From a virus (Duplodnaviria > Caudoviricetes), in IMG/VR virus record IMGVR_UViG_3300032272_000046, positions 1 to 34,652 of that record: a stretch of 34,652 nt of DNA; one strand, written 5' to 3'. The translations under genes and the position numbers were made by a program. This document shows, one piece after another, positions 25,683-33,928 of the stretch. Within the stretch, counting starts at the first letter, position 1. Every line of letters starts with the position of its first letter. The notes under the pieces are model-generated. The model ran no database searches. It was given only the letters and a program-made list of their open reading frames with translations, and was not told the origin of the DNA.

Positions 25683-27122
25683 TCACTGGCTTTCGCCTCC
25701 GCCTTTGCGGGGGGCGTCTTCACCAGGCTGTAATTCGTCTTCCATCGGGCCGCGGGTGGTAGCGCTACTGCCAGAATCTGTCACTTTAAAATTAGTCCCG
25801 GATAACTTCGGCGCGTCTGGATTATAAGGCAGGTCTAACTCATAGGCCGCCTGCTCGTCTGTGATCAAGCCAAGGCTGAGGCGGTTTAGAATTCGAGTCT
25901 CCCGCATAGTCTTGAAGGCTTCTAATTCAGAGTCAGGGCGCAAATCGATATCGTTGAATTTTAATTTCACGTAGACATCACTGCCGAACATGCGGACAGC
26001 CGTTGTCAGCGCTCGGCTCATAACGGCTTCAACAGGGGTTTGTATGCCGGCGGCACCTTTCAGAAATATCAGCGTTTCAGAGTTTGACAAGCTTTGCGAA
26101 CCTGCTGAACGCATGCCGAGAATGGAGGGCGGTGTTTTCAAGGCGGTTGCCTGGCGGTTGTCCATCGAAGACAACAACGAGGTGTAGTCAGATTTCGTCC
26201 CGCCGATATCGTGGGTGGTAAAATCCACAGAATCAAAAGAGACGACCGCATCCTCAGGCGAGATGTTCTTTAAAGTTTCTTCGACCTCTGCCCTTATGCC
26301 GTTCATAAAAGTCAATAATTTAGCTGGGTCATTTTGCACATCTTTCGAAGCTGACGACTTGATCTTATCCGAGTCCAGTACGGCCACCAGGCGGGAGTGC
26401 CCGGATTTAAACAACACCCTTCGCATATCTGCAATAAACTCTTCGGACTCGAATAAGGAGTTCAGCGAAGCTCTGAGTATCGAGGTACCGTAAGCCGTAT
26501 CCATCTCCTGGTGTAGAGTTTCTGCGTAGAAAGTAGGGATATCGAGAGATATCTCATCTTTGCCGAAGCCTACCTGCTTTGGGTATTTACCGCCTTTACC
26601 GTCAGAAGCCCACCGCAAAGTAGAGTGGTCAACTGGTTGGAACCTGTCAGGGTAGAAACCCTTGTCCAGAATCAATTCCAATGAACAGCCCGCCGTCAAG
26701 ATAGTCTCTCGTAGCAAAGTTTGTATGATCATCGGTATCGGGCGCTTACGCCCGAAGCCTTTGGTGTAGTCGTGCAGGGTATCCATGCTGGCAATGACAT
26801 TCTTTGCGAGCAACGTGCCCTCAGCGGAAAACTCGGCTGTACTTGGGTTGTAGGCCGCCACCTTGTAACCTGAATCCGCGATCTGGACCATGTTGTAGAC
26901 CGCAGTCGACAGGTTGCCATTCTCCTTGGCAAGAATCCGAATAGCTTGAGCGACCTGGCCCTGGCTGCGCAACGTGCGTGGGTCCCGGGTCACCCATGAG
27001 TTGCCTACGTCCGGTATCAGACTGCCTTTAGGCGTGTTTGACTCTACGTTGCGCGAACGCACAGTAGAAGTCAGCCTCCGAGGCAGAGTGATTGGATTCG
27101 TTTGAGCAGGTGACTTAGGCAT
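25683..27122 (-). CDS. Portal protein
   Basis: 479 aa between terminase and protease; YGTSILRA and LKTPPSILG motifs. Confidence 0.85.
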   Translation of the reverse strand: MPKSPAQTNPITLPRRLTSTVRSRNVESNTPKGSLIPDVGNSWVTRDPRTLRSQGQVAQAIRILAKENGNLSTAVYNMVQIADSGYKVAAYNPSTAEFSAEGTLLAKNVIASMDTLHDYTKGFGRKRPIPMIIQTLLRETILTAGCSLELILDKGFYPDRFQPVDHSTLRWASDGKGGKYPKQVGFGKDEISLDIPTFYAETLHQEMDTAYGTSILRASLNSLFESEEFIADMRRVLFKSGHSRLVAVLDSDKIKSSASKDVQNDPAKLLTFMNGIRAEVEETLKNISPEDAVVSFDSVDFTTHDIGGTKSDYTSLLSSMDNRQATALKTPPSILGMRSAGSQSLSNSETLIFLKGAAGIQTPVEAVMSRALTTAVRMFGSDVYVKLKFNDIDLRPDSELEAFKTMRETRILNRLSLGLITDEQAAYELDLPYNPDAPKLSGTNFKVTDSGSSATTRGPMEDELQPGEDAPRKGGGESQ

Positions 27123-27157
27123 GTCGAAGGCTGTCAGGCAAAGTAGGGTTAATCATT

Positions 27158-27189
27158 TACCAGCCCTTAGGGAAAGTCAAGGGCTGGTA
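27158..27189. promoter_or_regulatory. 11-bp inverted repeat upstream of portal, containing TTGACT
   Basis: taccagccctt-agggaaagtc-aagggctggta. Confidence 0.55.
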
Positions 27190-27216
27190 CTCTTTGAGCG
27201 AGGTAGATTAGAAAAT

Positions 27217-27426
27217 TCAATGCATTTTAGCCTTTGTACACTCCTTCTGTGCTTTCTCAATGACCGGCTTCAAGGCCGCTACAGTTTCAGTAGCTACGTT
27301 CAACAGTAAACTACCTTTTGTTGCCCCAGGATGCTCGGTATATTGATAGCCAGCCTCGTCAAGATGGCGTTTAAATATCTTCAACTTCCACGCATCGATT
27401 GCTACGCCTGCTTTTAACATAGTCAT
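27217..27426 (-). CDS. Small hypothetical protein
   Basis: ATGA coupling to terL, AGGAG RBS. Confidence 0.7.
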   Translation of the reverse strand: MTMLKAGVAIDAWKLKIFKRHLDEAGYQYTEHPGATKGSLLLNVATETVAALKPVIEKAQKECTKAKMH

Positions 27427-29153
27427 GCTCTGCTCCTATTTGCGCCTATCGCAACAGTAGAAACCCCGGGCGGGACTCCCATCTTTTTAGACATCATACC
27501 GCTATCAGTCGATATCTTGTACGCTATTCTGATGTAATTAAGCGCATGCGCGTAGTGGTCTGGCTTGTCGGGCTTCGGATAACTGGTGATATCTCCGTCG
27601 GGGCCTTTACGGACGACTTTCTTCAGTACGTCCAGGTGTTCTTTAACCACAGCCATCTCCTCGCACCGGGCAGGGTAATGGATACGGCCTTTATTGTGAA
27701 ATTGCATGGTGTCTGAAATAGTCGCTGACCGGCCTGCCTTGACAACACCCTCCTCAGGCCGTGGATCGATATCAGTGAATGCTCCCGGTACCGATCGGGC
27801 GTACTGGCAGCCGAACACTTCGCCGTACAGGTTATCTTCGATCAAAGTTTGCGGCGTGCTGAAGTCAGGGCCTGCGTCGAGGACAGTAACGCTCACGTTG
27901 TAGGCATTGATTATAGGCTGGATTTGCAGTGCCAGTAGCCCGTCTCGAACATCGAGGGTACCTGCATTGAGGATATGCAAATCACCGCCCACCGGTATGC
28001 CTACAAAATAGTGCGCGATCTTACCGATATCGATGCCCATCACCGCGCCTGACAACGTGGTCACCTTCGCTTCTTCGATATCCATATAAAAAGCGTCTGT
28101 CCTATTTTTGAATATGGACTTCAAGAAAGAGTTATTTTCGTCTTCATGCTCCAGCCCAAGCACAATATTCCGGTGGTCCTGGGTAGAATACTCTTCCAGT
28201 TGCCAAAATATGCCCGGCACAGTGTTGTACTTAGGTACGTCAATCGGAGATACCTGATACCCTGAGAGCATTGTTCGTTCTGGGTATTTAGCCACCCACT
28301 GGCGCCTGTCTGGATTAAGCAAGTCTTGCCATAAATCCTTGCCACAATGGCTGCACTTGATATACGCCTCAGCCACCCTGTAGCGAGGGTTGTGCAGATC
28401 GAGTTTGTCGAACCCTTCCATCGCGCCGTCGTAGCCCGGTATCACATAGTCTTCATAGTAACTTGGCCATTGGTGCGTATTGCATTTACTGCACTGCACC
28501 ATGTAGAGCTTCTGGTCTGACATGTCTACGTGCTTGCTGACCCCGTAATTAGGTACAGTAGGGGTCGAAAACCGCTGGCGAAACCCCTGTATACCGGTCA
28601 CAGGGTCTGGTTCGTTATGCCGTAGGCGGGCGTTGAACTGTTTTATAATCTTCGGCGAACAGAAATCTTCCTCGTCAAAAATCAAATGCGTCGCCGGTAT
28701 GGATATAGTCTGGTTAGTGCCAGAAGCCCCTTTAAAGTAAATGGTACTGTTGCCTAGTTTGCGCATTGCCGCTGACTTTACCTCAGTATGCTGCATCGCC
28801 GCCAGAATTGGGGAACCTTTGACGATAGGCAAAAACCTGGAGGCAGAAACTTTCTCTGAAAAATCTGCGGAGGGGAACACATAGATAATTTCTGACCGGG
28901 TTACAGCGGCAATCGCAGCTACAATCCTCAAGGAAAGTTCAGTTAGGCCGACCTGCGAGGGCTTCTTAATAGCCTTATGCGGATGCTGGTCCGCTGCAAT
29001 CGCGATATGCATCTCATGGTCTTTGAAACTGTAAGGCCGGTCATTCAGCCGCAGGTTTCGGGTCATCCAGCCAGACAGTTCTTTCATCGCCGTACCTTTG
29101 TCGGCGATGGTCAATACACGATCAAGATGCCCCTGTAATTTGCTCGATAGCAT
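27423..29153 (-). CDS. terL: Terminase large subunit (lambda gpA-like)
   Basis: Walker A KPSQVGLTE, Walker B LIFDEED, FSTPT coupling motif, CxxC...CxxC, nuclease MGIDIG and DHYAHA. Confidence 0.93.
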   Translation of the reverse strand: MLSSKLQGHLDRVLTIADKGTAMKELSGWMTRNLRLNDRPYSFKDHEMHIAIAADQHPHKAIKKPSQVGLTELSLRIVAAIAAVTRSEIIYVFPSADFSEKVSASRFLPIVKGSPILAAMQHTEVKSAAMRKLGNSTIYFKGASGTNQTISIPATHLIFDEEDFCSPKIIKQFNARLRHNEPDPVTGIQGFRQRFSTPTVPNYGVSKHVDMSDQKLYMVQCSKCNTHQWPSYYEDYVIPGYDGAMEGFDKLDLHNPRYRVAEAYIKCSHCGKDLWQDLLNPDRRQWVAKYPERTMLSGYQVSPIDVPKYNTVPGIFWQLEEYSTQDHRNIVLGLEHEDENNSFLKSIFKNRTDAFYMDIEEAKVTTLSGAVMGIDIGKIAHYFVGIPVGGDLHILNAGTLDVRDGLLALQIQPIINAYNVSVTVLDAGPDFSTPQTLIEDNLYGEVFGCQYARSVPGAFTDIDPRPEEGVVKAGRSATISDTMQFHNKGRIHYPARCEEMAVVKEHLDVLKKVVRKGPDGDITSYPKPDKPDHYAHALNYIRIAYKISTDSGMMSKKMGVPPGVSTVAIGANRSRA

Positions 29154-29332
29154 TAAGGGTTCAGCTTATCGTTACGTTTGCCCTGGCTGGGGCTTGCTGT
29201 TAAGGCTTTCTCTATGGCCTCAGGGGTGGTGGCTTTTCGCAGCCTGGCCGACATAGCCGCCCGAGAGATGCCTACCTTACTGGCCCATTCAGCGATCGAC
29301 CGGGTCTGGCCGTTATGCTCGAATTGCTTCAT
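29153..29332 (-). CDS. 59-aa HTH DNA-binding protein (not in ORF track)
   Basis: MKQFEHNGQTRSIAEWASKVGISRAAMSARLRKATTPEAIEKALTASPSQGKRNDKLNP; TAATG coupling to terL. Confidence 0.7.
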   Translation of the reverse strand: MKQFEHNGQTRSIAEWASKVGISRAAMSARLRKATTPEAIEKALTASPSQGKRNDKLNP

Positions 29333-29738
29333 TTTCCGCTTCCGTTAAATTGGCGATGTTACGTTTAAATATTTCCGCAAACTGAGGGCACTCGATTTCC
29401 TCGAATGTCATCTCCAGCGCTAATTCAGCGCGCTTGAAGTCTTCGTCAGTTTGCAGGGCGTTCTGGAATTTCCGCAACATATCAAGCAACTGCATACTGC
29501 TGGATATGTAGCTTTTGATGTCGGCGTATTTGGTGTCGCGCTTAGGCGTGCCGTCCGGCTCGAACAAATGCGCCTGTAAGCCGGTAATCAACTTGTACTG
29601 CCCGCCTATCAGCTTCTTCAGGTCAATGCCTTCCTCTGCCGCAAGGTTTGCGAGGTCATGCGCTTCTCGTATTTCTTCGCGGCTCTGAGGCTTGTGGCCG
29701 CCTTCTTCCTTAGCCGCTTCTTCAAAGGGATTGCCCAT
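29313..29738 (-). CDS. Putative terminase small subunit
   Basis: 141-aa helical protein, first gene of the packaging operon; assignment by position only. Confidence 0.5.
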   Translation of the reverse strand: MGNPFEEAAKEEGGHKPQSREEIREAHDLANLAAEEGIDLKKLIGGQYKLITGLQAHLFEPDGTPKRDTKYADIKSYISSSMQLLDMLRKFQNALQTDEDFKRAELALEMTFEEIECPQFAEIFKRNIANLTEAENEAIRA

Positions 29739-29768
29739 TCAATTATTTTCAAAATTTAAGTTGGGCGA

Positions 29769-29797
29769 ATTGTAATCGGGGGAGATAGGTTTGTCAA
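29769..29797 (-). promoter_or_regulatory. Near-consensus sigma70 promoter for the packaging operon
   Basis: TTGACA-17-TACAAT. Confidence 0.8.
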
Positions 29798-29845
29798 AAA
29801 GTAGAAGGCTGCCAAGCTTATTTGGGGGTGAGCCCGGCAGCCTCC
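29796..29845 (-). terminator. Long hairpin terminator
   Basis: GGAGGCUGCCGGGCU-loop-AGCUUGGCAGCCUUC (15 bp, 3 G.U pairs) followed by UACUUUUU. Confidence 0.65.
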
Positions 29846-29938
29846 CAGCGAAGGTAACCAGCCTTCTAATGAGAGCGACTAGCGCTCTCCACACACAAAC
29901 ACCCAGCCGCAAGGAGGAGAAAGACCAGGTTTGTTGAG
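29796..29938 (-). ncRNA. Candidate structured small RNA or attenuator
   Basis: Three stem-loops in a non-coding gap, an anti-SD-like loop, ending in a terminator. Confidence 0.35.
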
Positions 29939-29939
29939 T

Positions 29940-30260
29940 TTATAGTGGCTCGGGAGGGTTTTCAAGTCCCAGCTTTTCTTTCAAAAACACTTCAGCCCGG
30001 TCTAAAATCTCAGGCGTAACGTCCAGATTGCTCGACTCCTGAAAGCCTAAATGCCACAACGTGACCATTATCTGGCGCAGTGCATCGGGTAGAAGCGTCT
30101 GCGGCGGGATTTTATCCGCCTCAACAGTCTCCCACAGCGTGGGGCAATACCTCTTGATTTCGCAGTTGGTGAGTTTTCTGGGTTTTGGTATCCGCCTTCT
30201 CCGATTTCCAGGTTGGGCGCTGTTTTTGCGGGGGGTGCCGTCTTTGTTGAGAGTTGTCAT
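29940..30260 (-). CDS. Hypothetical protein with basic N-terminus
   Basis: ATGA overlap with the upstream stop; KDGTPRK...RRRRIPKPRK. Confidence 0.65.
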   Translation of the reverse strand: MTTLNKDGTPRKNSAQPGNRRRRIPKPRKLTNCEIKRYCPTLWETVEADKIPPQTLLPDALRQIMVTLWHLGFQESSNLDVTPEILDRAEVFLKEKLGLENPPEPL

Positions 30261-30628
30261 TCTTTCCATCCTGTTGCGTATGCGATTGCCCGGCTGATTG
30301 CTTCAGCGGCAGTTTCACCCTCGGCATTGCTGCGCCCGATTAGTTGATTAAGGCTGCGCGCAGTTGCTCGGCATAAGGGGTAGTTGTCAGTGCTGTACTG
30401 AAAACCGACCATTTGCATTTTCGGCACTAACAAGAAGGTATGCTCAACCTTAAAACTGGGCTGCCAGTCTGAAACTGCCATTTCACAACTTTGCTCATCA
30501 CTGGCTAAGTTGTGATTATATTTTTTCGGGTCGTAGTATCTTGAGCGTAGAAGTGAATTACCTTCTTCAACCACCCAGCCCATCACGTTCAAAGCTAAAT
30601 GTTCGTCAATGTCTCTTGTTGCAATCAT
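30257..30628 (-). CDS. Phage ABA-sandwich domain protein
   Basis: IDEHLALNVMGW...WQPS....H...LV..M...AEGETAAEAISRA pattern. Confidence 0.65.
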   Translation of the reverse strand: MIATRDIDEHLALNVMGWVVEEGNSLLRSRYYDPKKYNHNLASDEQSCEMAVSDWQPSFKVEHTFLLVPKMQMVGFQYSTDNYPLCRATARSLNQLIGRSNAEGETAAEAISRAIAYATGWKE

Positions 30629-30633
30629 TTTGG

Positions 30634-30849
30634 TTAGTCCTTCGGCAGTTTATCAGCGATATTTTTCATAAATATGGCATCCAGTTTGAAATCTTCTTGC
30701 AGATTATCGAGCATTTTCCCGAGCTTCCGGGTGCTGATTGACTTCTTTCCTTCAATGGTAGCATAAAACTTATTCAGCCTGTCGCACCGCGCGTAAGAAG
30801 CCGCCTTGGCGATTAGATTTGCCCTGGTTGCGCGTGTTGGGTATCTCAT
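30634..30849 (-). CDS. Hypothetical protein
   Basis: GGAG RBS, operon packing. Confidence 0.6.
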   Translation of the reverse strand: MRYPTRATRANLIAKAASYARCDRLNKFYATIEGKKSISTRKLGKMLDNLQEDFKLDAIFMKNIADKLPKD

Positions 30850-30850
30850 A

Positions 30851-31018
30851 CTATCTCCACATGCTCTTCAAGTCTTCGATCGCCTGCCCGATGCCGCAGA
30901 AAAACCCAAGTACCGCGTAAATCACCAGGTATCCGGGCACGGCAAGGCAGATGATCATCAAGTATTTGAACCATTTCGGGCGGATGTATTTGAATTCGGT
31001 GGTTATTTGGTCGAACAT
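30851..31018 (-). CDS. 55-aa membrane protein (not in ORF track)
   Basis: MFDQITTEFKYIRPKWFKYLMIICLAVPGYLVIYAVLGFFCGIGQAIEDLKSMWR; GAGG RBS; fills the gap exactly. Confidence 0.7.
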   Translation of the reverse strand: MFDQITTEFKYIRPKWFKYLMIICLAVPGYLVIYAVLGFFCGIGQAIEDLKSMWR

Positions 31019-31022
31019 GGGT

Positions 31023-31550
31023 TCAGTTTTCCTCTTTTTTCAGCAAAGCCATTGAAGGCACAGACACGCACGTATCAGTCCAACCTACAGCGGAGGTCCT
31101 ATAGATAGTCCGCGCGTTATTCTTGAGATCCCCGCGAATCATCATCAGAAGGTTGCCAAGATGATTCTCCCCCGTACCGTTGCAAACTCCCCAGAAAGTA
31201 TCATTCCAGGAGTTGCCTTCTTCAATGTGGCAATCACCTGTCTCCAGTAACTTGTCTGCCAGCGGTGTGCCGGGGGCGAACTTCTGCCGAAGCAAATCCT
31301 CCATAACCTTGAGCTTGATGTGCGGCCAGTCTGGGCGCAGCGCCAGGGTTCTGCCGTAGCGCTTGGCGTCACCAGGCGTCATACAGCAACGCACTCGCAG
31401 CCTTTCTGCCGGACTGTAGGTTTTCGCGGCTACATAGGCGTGCTCGGCAGTCGGGTAGTTGACCTCGTCAAGAAAGACTTCTGCAGGGTAGAAGTTGCTG
31501 AGCCAACGGTAGGTCTCACGGAAGCGGGTGATGGGTTTGTTGGTTGGCAT
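31023..31550 (-). CDS. NADAR (YbiA-like) family protein
   Basis: WLSNFY, YPTAEHAYVAAK, AKRYGR, LRPDW, KF, LLETG..IEEGNSWNDTFWG, GENHLG.LLM.IR. Confidence 0.92.
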   Translation of the reverse strand: MPTNKPITRFRETYRWLSNFYPAEVFLDEVNYPTAEHAYVAAKTYSPAERLRVRCCMTPGDAKRYGRTLALRPDWPHIKLKVMEDLLRQKFAPGTPLADKLLETGDCHIEEGNSWNDTFWGVCNGTGENHLGNLLMMIRGDLKNNARTIYRTSAVGWTDTCVSVPSMALLKKEEN

Positions 31551-31831
31551 TATAGCGCCCTCAAAAGCCGGGATCTAGCGCGAGGGTAAGCCTCCGCATA
31601 CTCAGAGTAAGGCGTCCCAAGTTCATGCCGGGCGCCTTCACTGGTGACTACCAAGTTACCAAACCTGCCTGTAATTAAGCCATCTTTAATCTGTAGGTTT
31701 TTAGTGTTGGAATCATCGCCTTCATACCGAAACTCGTCTACAGAGGCCAACATATTGCCACGGGCATTTTCTGGGTCTGTCATCGGGCCAGGGCCGTCAA
31801 CGATCAGCCAATTGTTTATGATTTCAGCCAT
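31550..31831 (-). CDS. Conserved-type phage hypothetical protein
   Basis: Start MAEIINNW; PE...VVTSEG...ELG.P; TAATG coupling to NADAR. Confidence 0.6.
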   Translation of the reverse strand: MAEIINNWLIVDGPGPMTDPENARGNMLASVDEFRYEGDDSNTKNLQIKDGLITGRFGNLVVTSEGARHELGTPYSEYAEAYPRARSRLLRAL

Positions 31832-31838
31832 GATTAAA

Positions 31839-32150
31839 TTACTTAGCCATCGAAGGCTTTTCAGCCGCACCCTTCATGCCTTTCGCCACCGCCGTTTTGC
31901 CGAAAAAATCAGGCGGGTCCATGGCTCTCCTCTTGCTGGTAATTTTCAGTCGGGAAACATCAAACCATTTACCGTAATACTTCTCCCCGTCCTCGTCTTT
32001 GCGCACGGGAGGCGTAACGGACACTTGTACGCAGCCGTACAGATCAAAGGACAGCGAAGTAGCTACTCCCTCGTAACCGGTAACAGCGTCCTTGACCTTG
32101 TGACCAAGCATGTTGAAGTGGTCTTGAATTGGCGAATCGTTGGTTGGCAT
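31839..32150 (-). CDS. Phage hypothetical protein (SH3-like)
   Basis: LGHKVKDAVTGYEGVAT...LYGC...WFDVSRL; AAGG RBS. Confidence 0.7.
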   Translation of the reverse strand: MPTNDSPIQDHFNMLGHKVKDAVTGYEGVATSLSFDLYGCVQVSVTPPVRKDEDGEKYYGKWFDVSRLKITSKRRAMDPPDFFGKTAVAKGMKGAAEKPSMAK

Positions 32151-32191
32151 TTTATTTTCCTTGAGTCTGGTTTATTGAATTGTGTCAGTTC

Positions 32192-32219
32192 AGTCTATCG
32201 ATCGTTATTTATTTGTCAA
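32192..32219 (-). promoter_or_regulatory. Putative sigma70 promoter
   Basis: TTGACA-16-TAGACT; shares ACTTGTTGACAAAT with the promoter at 8557. Confidence 0.55.
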
Positions 32220-32501
32220 CAAGTAGGGGCAGTGAATTTTCAACGCTTCCTGAGCCGTAAGCGGCGCGGGTGCGTTATCCAGAGCGGCCTGGTGTGCTGC
32301 CAACCCCGCCTCGTACCCGCAGATGAACGCCCGCTGAGCCTGCTCCTGGTGGAAAGTCTTAATCTCAGCGACCAGCTCTGTGTTAGAGACAGAAACACCG
32401 CCAATTCGAGTCTTCTGGCTGAGCAGTGTTCGGACGGCTTTATTGATTTTCTTTTGGTGCATAGAAAACCTCTCGCTCTCGCTTAAACGCCTGCGCTTCA
32501 T
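32205..32501 (-). CDS. Hypothetical protein
   Basis: Basic N-terminus, AF..GYEAG motif; overlaps the upstream gene. Confidence 0.55.
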   Translation of the reverse strand: MKRRRLSESERFSMHQKKINKAVRTLLSQKTRIGGVSVSNTELVAEIKTFHQEQAQRAFICGYEAGLAAHQAALDNAPAPLTAQEALKIHCPYLLTNK

Positions 32502-32694
32502 CCCCAAAGCCTTTCATAATATGGTGAAAGGCGTCGTCAGAGGTGGTATCCGGAGCCAGTTTAAGGATGGATTCCAACATCGCCACCGAACCTGCGTAAA
32601 ACTGCTCGCGTGCTTTGGTGATTTCGCCGGCGGTTAAAGGCTCTGGCGGGTGGTCTCTTAACTGTTCTAGCCAGTTGGATTGGATTGTGTTCAT
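32440..32694 (-). CDS. Phage hypothetical protein
   Basis: GAGG RBS; I...W...RE.FYAG motif. Confidence 0.7.
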   Translation of the reverse strand: MNTIQSNWLEQLRDHPPEPLTAGEITKAREQFYAGSVAMLESILKLAPDTTSDDAFHHIMKGFGDEAQAFKREREVFYAPKENQ

Positions 32695-33128
32695 TTATCC
32701 TCGGGATTGTGGGTTAACGCCTTAAAACCGCCGCCTTGCAGCCGTTTATAGACAGTGGTGCCGGTATCGTCCTGCAGGTAAGGCAGGAACACTTCGACAA
32801 GGTCGGCCTGATTGGCTTCTACTAACGCCATCTGGGCTTCTACCCAGTCCTTTACAATACGCCATGCGGTTCGCTTTGCCTGATCGATATTGCAGCAACA
32901 GTTTCGGATTTTTTGGCGCTTGAACGCCTTGAGAACACCCTCGGAGTTGATCGGGAGCCTGAAAGACAGCAAATTACCCTGCTCTTCGTAGCGGAACGAG
33001 ATGGCGGTTACTTCACCGCCCTGGTATTCGGACATCACTGCCTGGGCGCCCGATTTACCGAGTATCGACTGGATTTCTCCGGCCGTTTTCTCGGGTTTGA
33101 TCTTGGTGGTGTAGTTTAGGATTGGCAT
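32691..33128 (-). CDS. Conserved-type phage hypothetical protein
   Basis: NYTT.I...KT.GEIQ.IL...GA, FRLP, QAKRTAWRIVKDWVEAQMA, EVFLPY. Confidence 0.75.
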   Translation of the reverse strand: MPILNYTTKIKPEKTAGEIQSILGKSGAQAVMSEYQGGEVTAISFRYEEQGNLLSFRLPINSEGVLKAFKRQKIRNCCCNIDQAKRTAWRIVKDWVEAQMALVEANQADLVEVFLPYLQDDTGTTVYKRLQGGGFKALTHNPEDK

Positions 33129-33132
33129 GAGG

Positions 33133-33309
33133 TTATATGGCCTTCGCTGCGGCGTCGATGAATGCCTGGTCAGACTTTACCTGCGCTTTCAGCCGTTCAA
33201 CTTCCTTTCGCAGCTTCACAATCTCGTCAGCAGCCTTGTGGCATAGCATATAGTTGGCGCCGGTAGCCTGGCGGAGTTTCGCGAGTAGTCTTGGATCGGA
33301 TTTTAGCAT
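33133..33309 (-). CDS. 58-aa protein with EF-Ts-N-like motif plus coiled coil (not in ORF track)
   Basis: MLKSDPRLLAKLRQATGANYMLCHKAADEIVKLRKEVERLKAQVKSDQAFIDAAAKAI; AGGAG RBS. Confidence 0.7.
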   Translation of the reverse strand: MLKSDPRLLAKLRQATGANYMLCHKAADEIVKLRKEVERLKAQVKSDQAFIDAAAKAI

Positions 33310-33515
33310 TCAAAATCTCCTAAAATTAAGTCAATACTGTTGCAAGGGTTCCACGACAATACTTTGTGCAGCCAGGTGTAAGGTGTGAGCTTTACAACAG
33401 TTTCGGTGACTTCAGTAGCTATTAGCTGCAGGGTTGCGTTGCTGCCGTTCACAGTGAATAAGTTGCCGCGCTCGATGCTGTGTGGGTCGGTGAAGGTTAG
33501 AGTGGAGGTGGTCAT
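33303..33515 (-). CDS. Hypothetical protein
   Basis: AGGAGG RBS; abuts the upstream stop. Confidence 0.65.
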   Translation of the reverse strand: MTTSTLTFTDPHSIERGNLFTVNGSNATLQLIATEVTETVVKLTPYTWLHKVLSWNPCNSIDLILGDFEC

Positions 33516-33923
33516 TCAACTGCCTCCTATAAACGCAAGTATTTCAGTTCTTGCCGCCTTCAAATCATCTACGAAATCCAGATCTTTGGTGTCTTCCTGT
33601 TCACCGCAATGTTCACATCGGACGAAGCCGCCTTCTATCTCCTCCAAGGCTCTGTCGAGTAAGATACCTGCTGCGTTTATATGCCCGTTGAACTTCCGTG
33701 GGTCTGTAGCGGCAGGGCCGAGAGTTAGAATATCCTCTGGCCCCGCGGTAGTGCCAGTCAATAGCAACTGTTTAACCTTCTGCAACTGTTCTGCGTCTGC
33801 CTCGAAAAACATGCATCCGTAATCCCCCGCCTCGCTAAACTCCTTCGCCTGGGCGTTGAGAGCTTTGATCTGGCGGTCGAGGGCGTAGATCATCTGTTGG
33901 TCGGTGTCGGTAGAAATATCCAC
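33516..33923 (-). CDS. Hypothetical protein with CxxC
   Basis: Likely GTG start at 33923 after the upstream mini-gene; RCEHCGE. Confidence 0.6.
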   Translation of the reverse strand: MDISTDTDQQMIYALDRQIKALNAQAKEFSEAGDYGCMFFEADAEQLQKVKQLLLTGTTAGPEDILTLGPAATDPRKFNGHINAAGILLDRALEEIEGGFVRCEHCGEQEDTKDLDFVDDLKAARTEILAFIGGS

Positions 33924-33928
33924 TCCGG

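Noticed and set aside
18356-29763. TAAGTTG recurring in three intergenic gaps (18356, 19630, 29757)
   Set aside because: The 7-mer also occurs inside coding regions, so it cannot be distinguished from chance without statistics.
30806-31108. 100-aa + strand ORF
   Set aside because: The gap is better explained by the - strand 55-aa membrane gene with an RBS in operon orientation.
31644-32486. 280-aa + strand ORF spanning three genes
   Set aside because: Largely in-register antisense to well-supported - strand genes; no recognisable motif.
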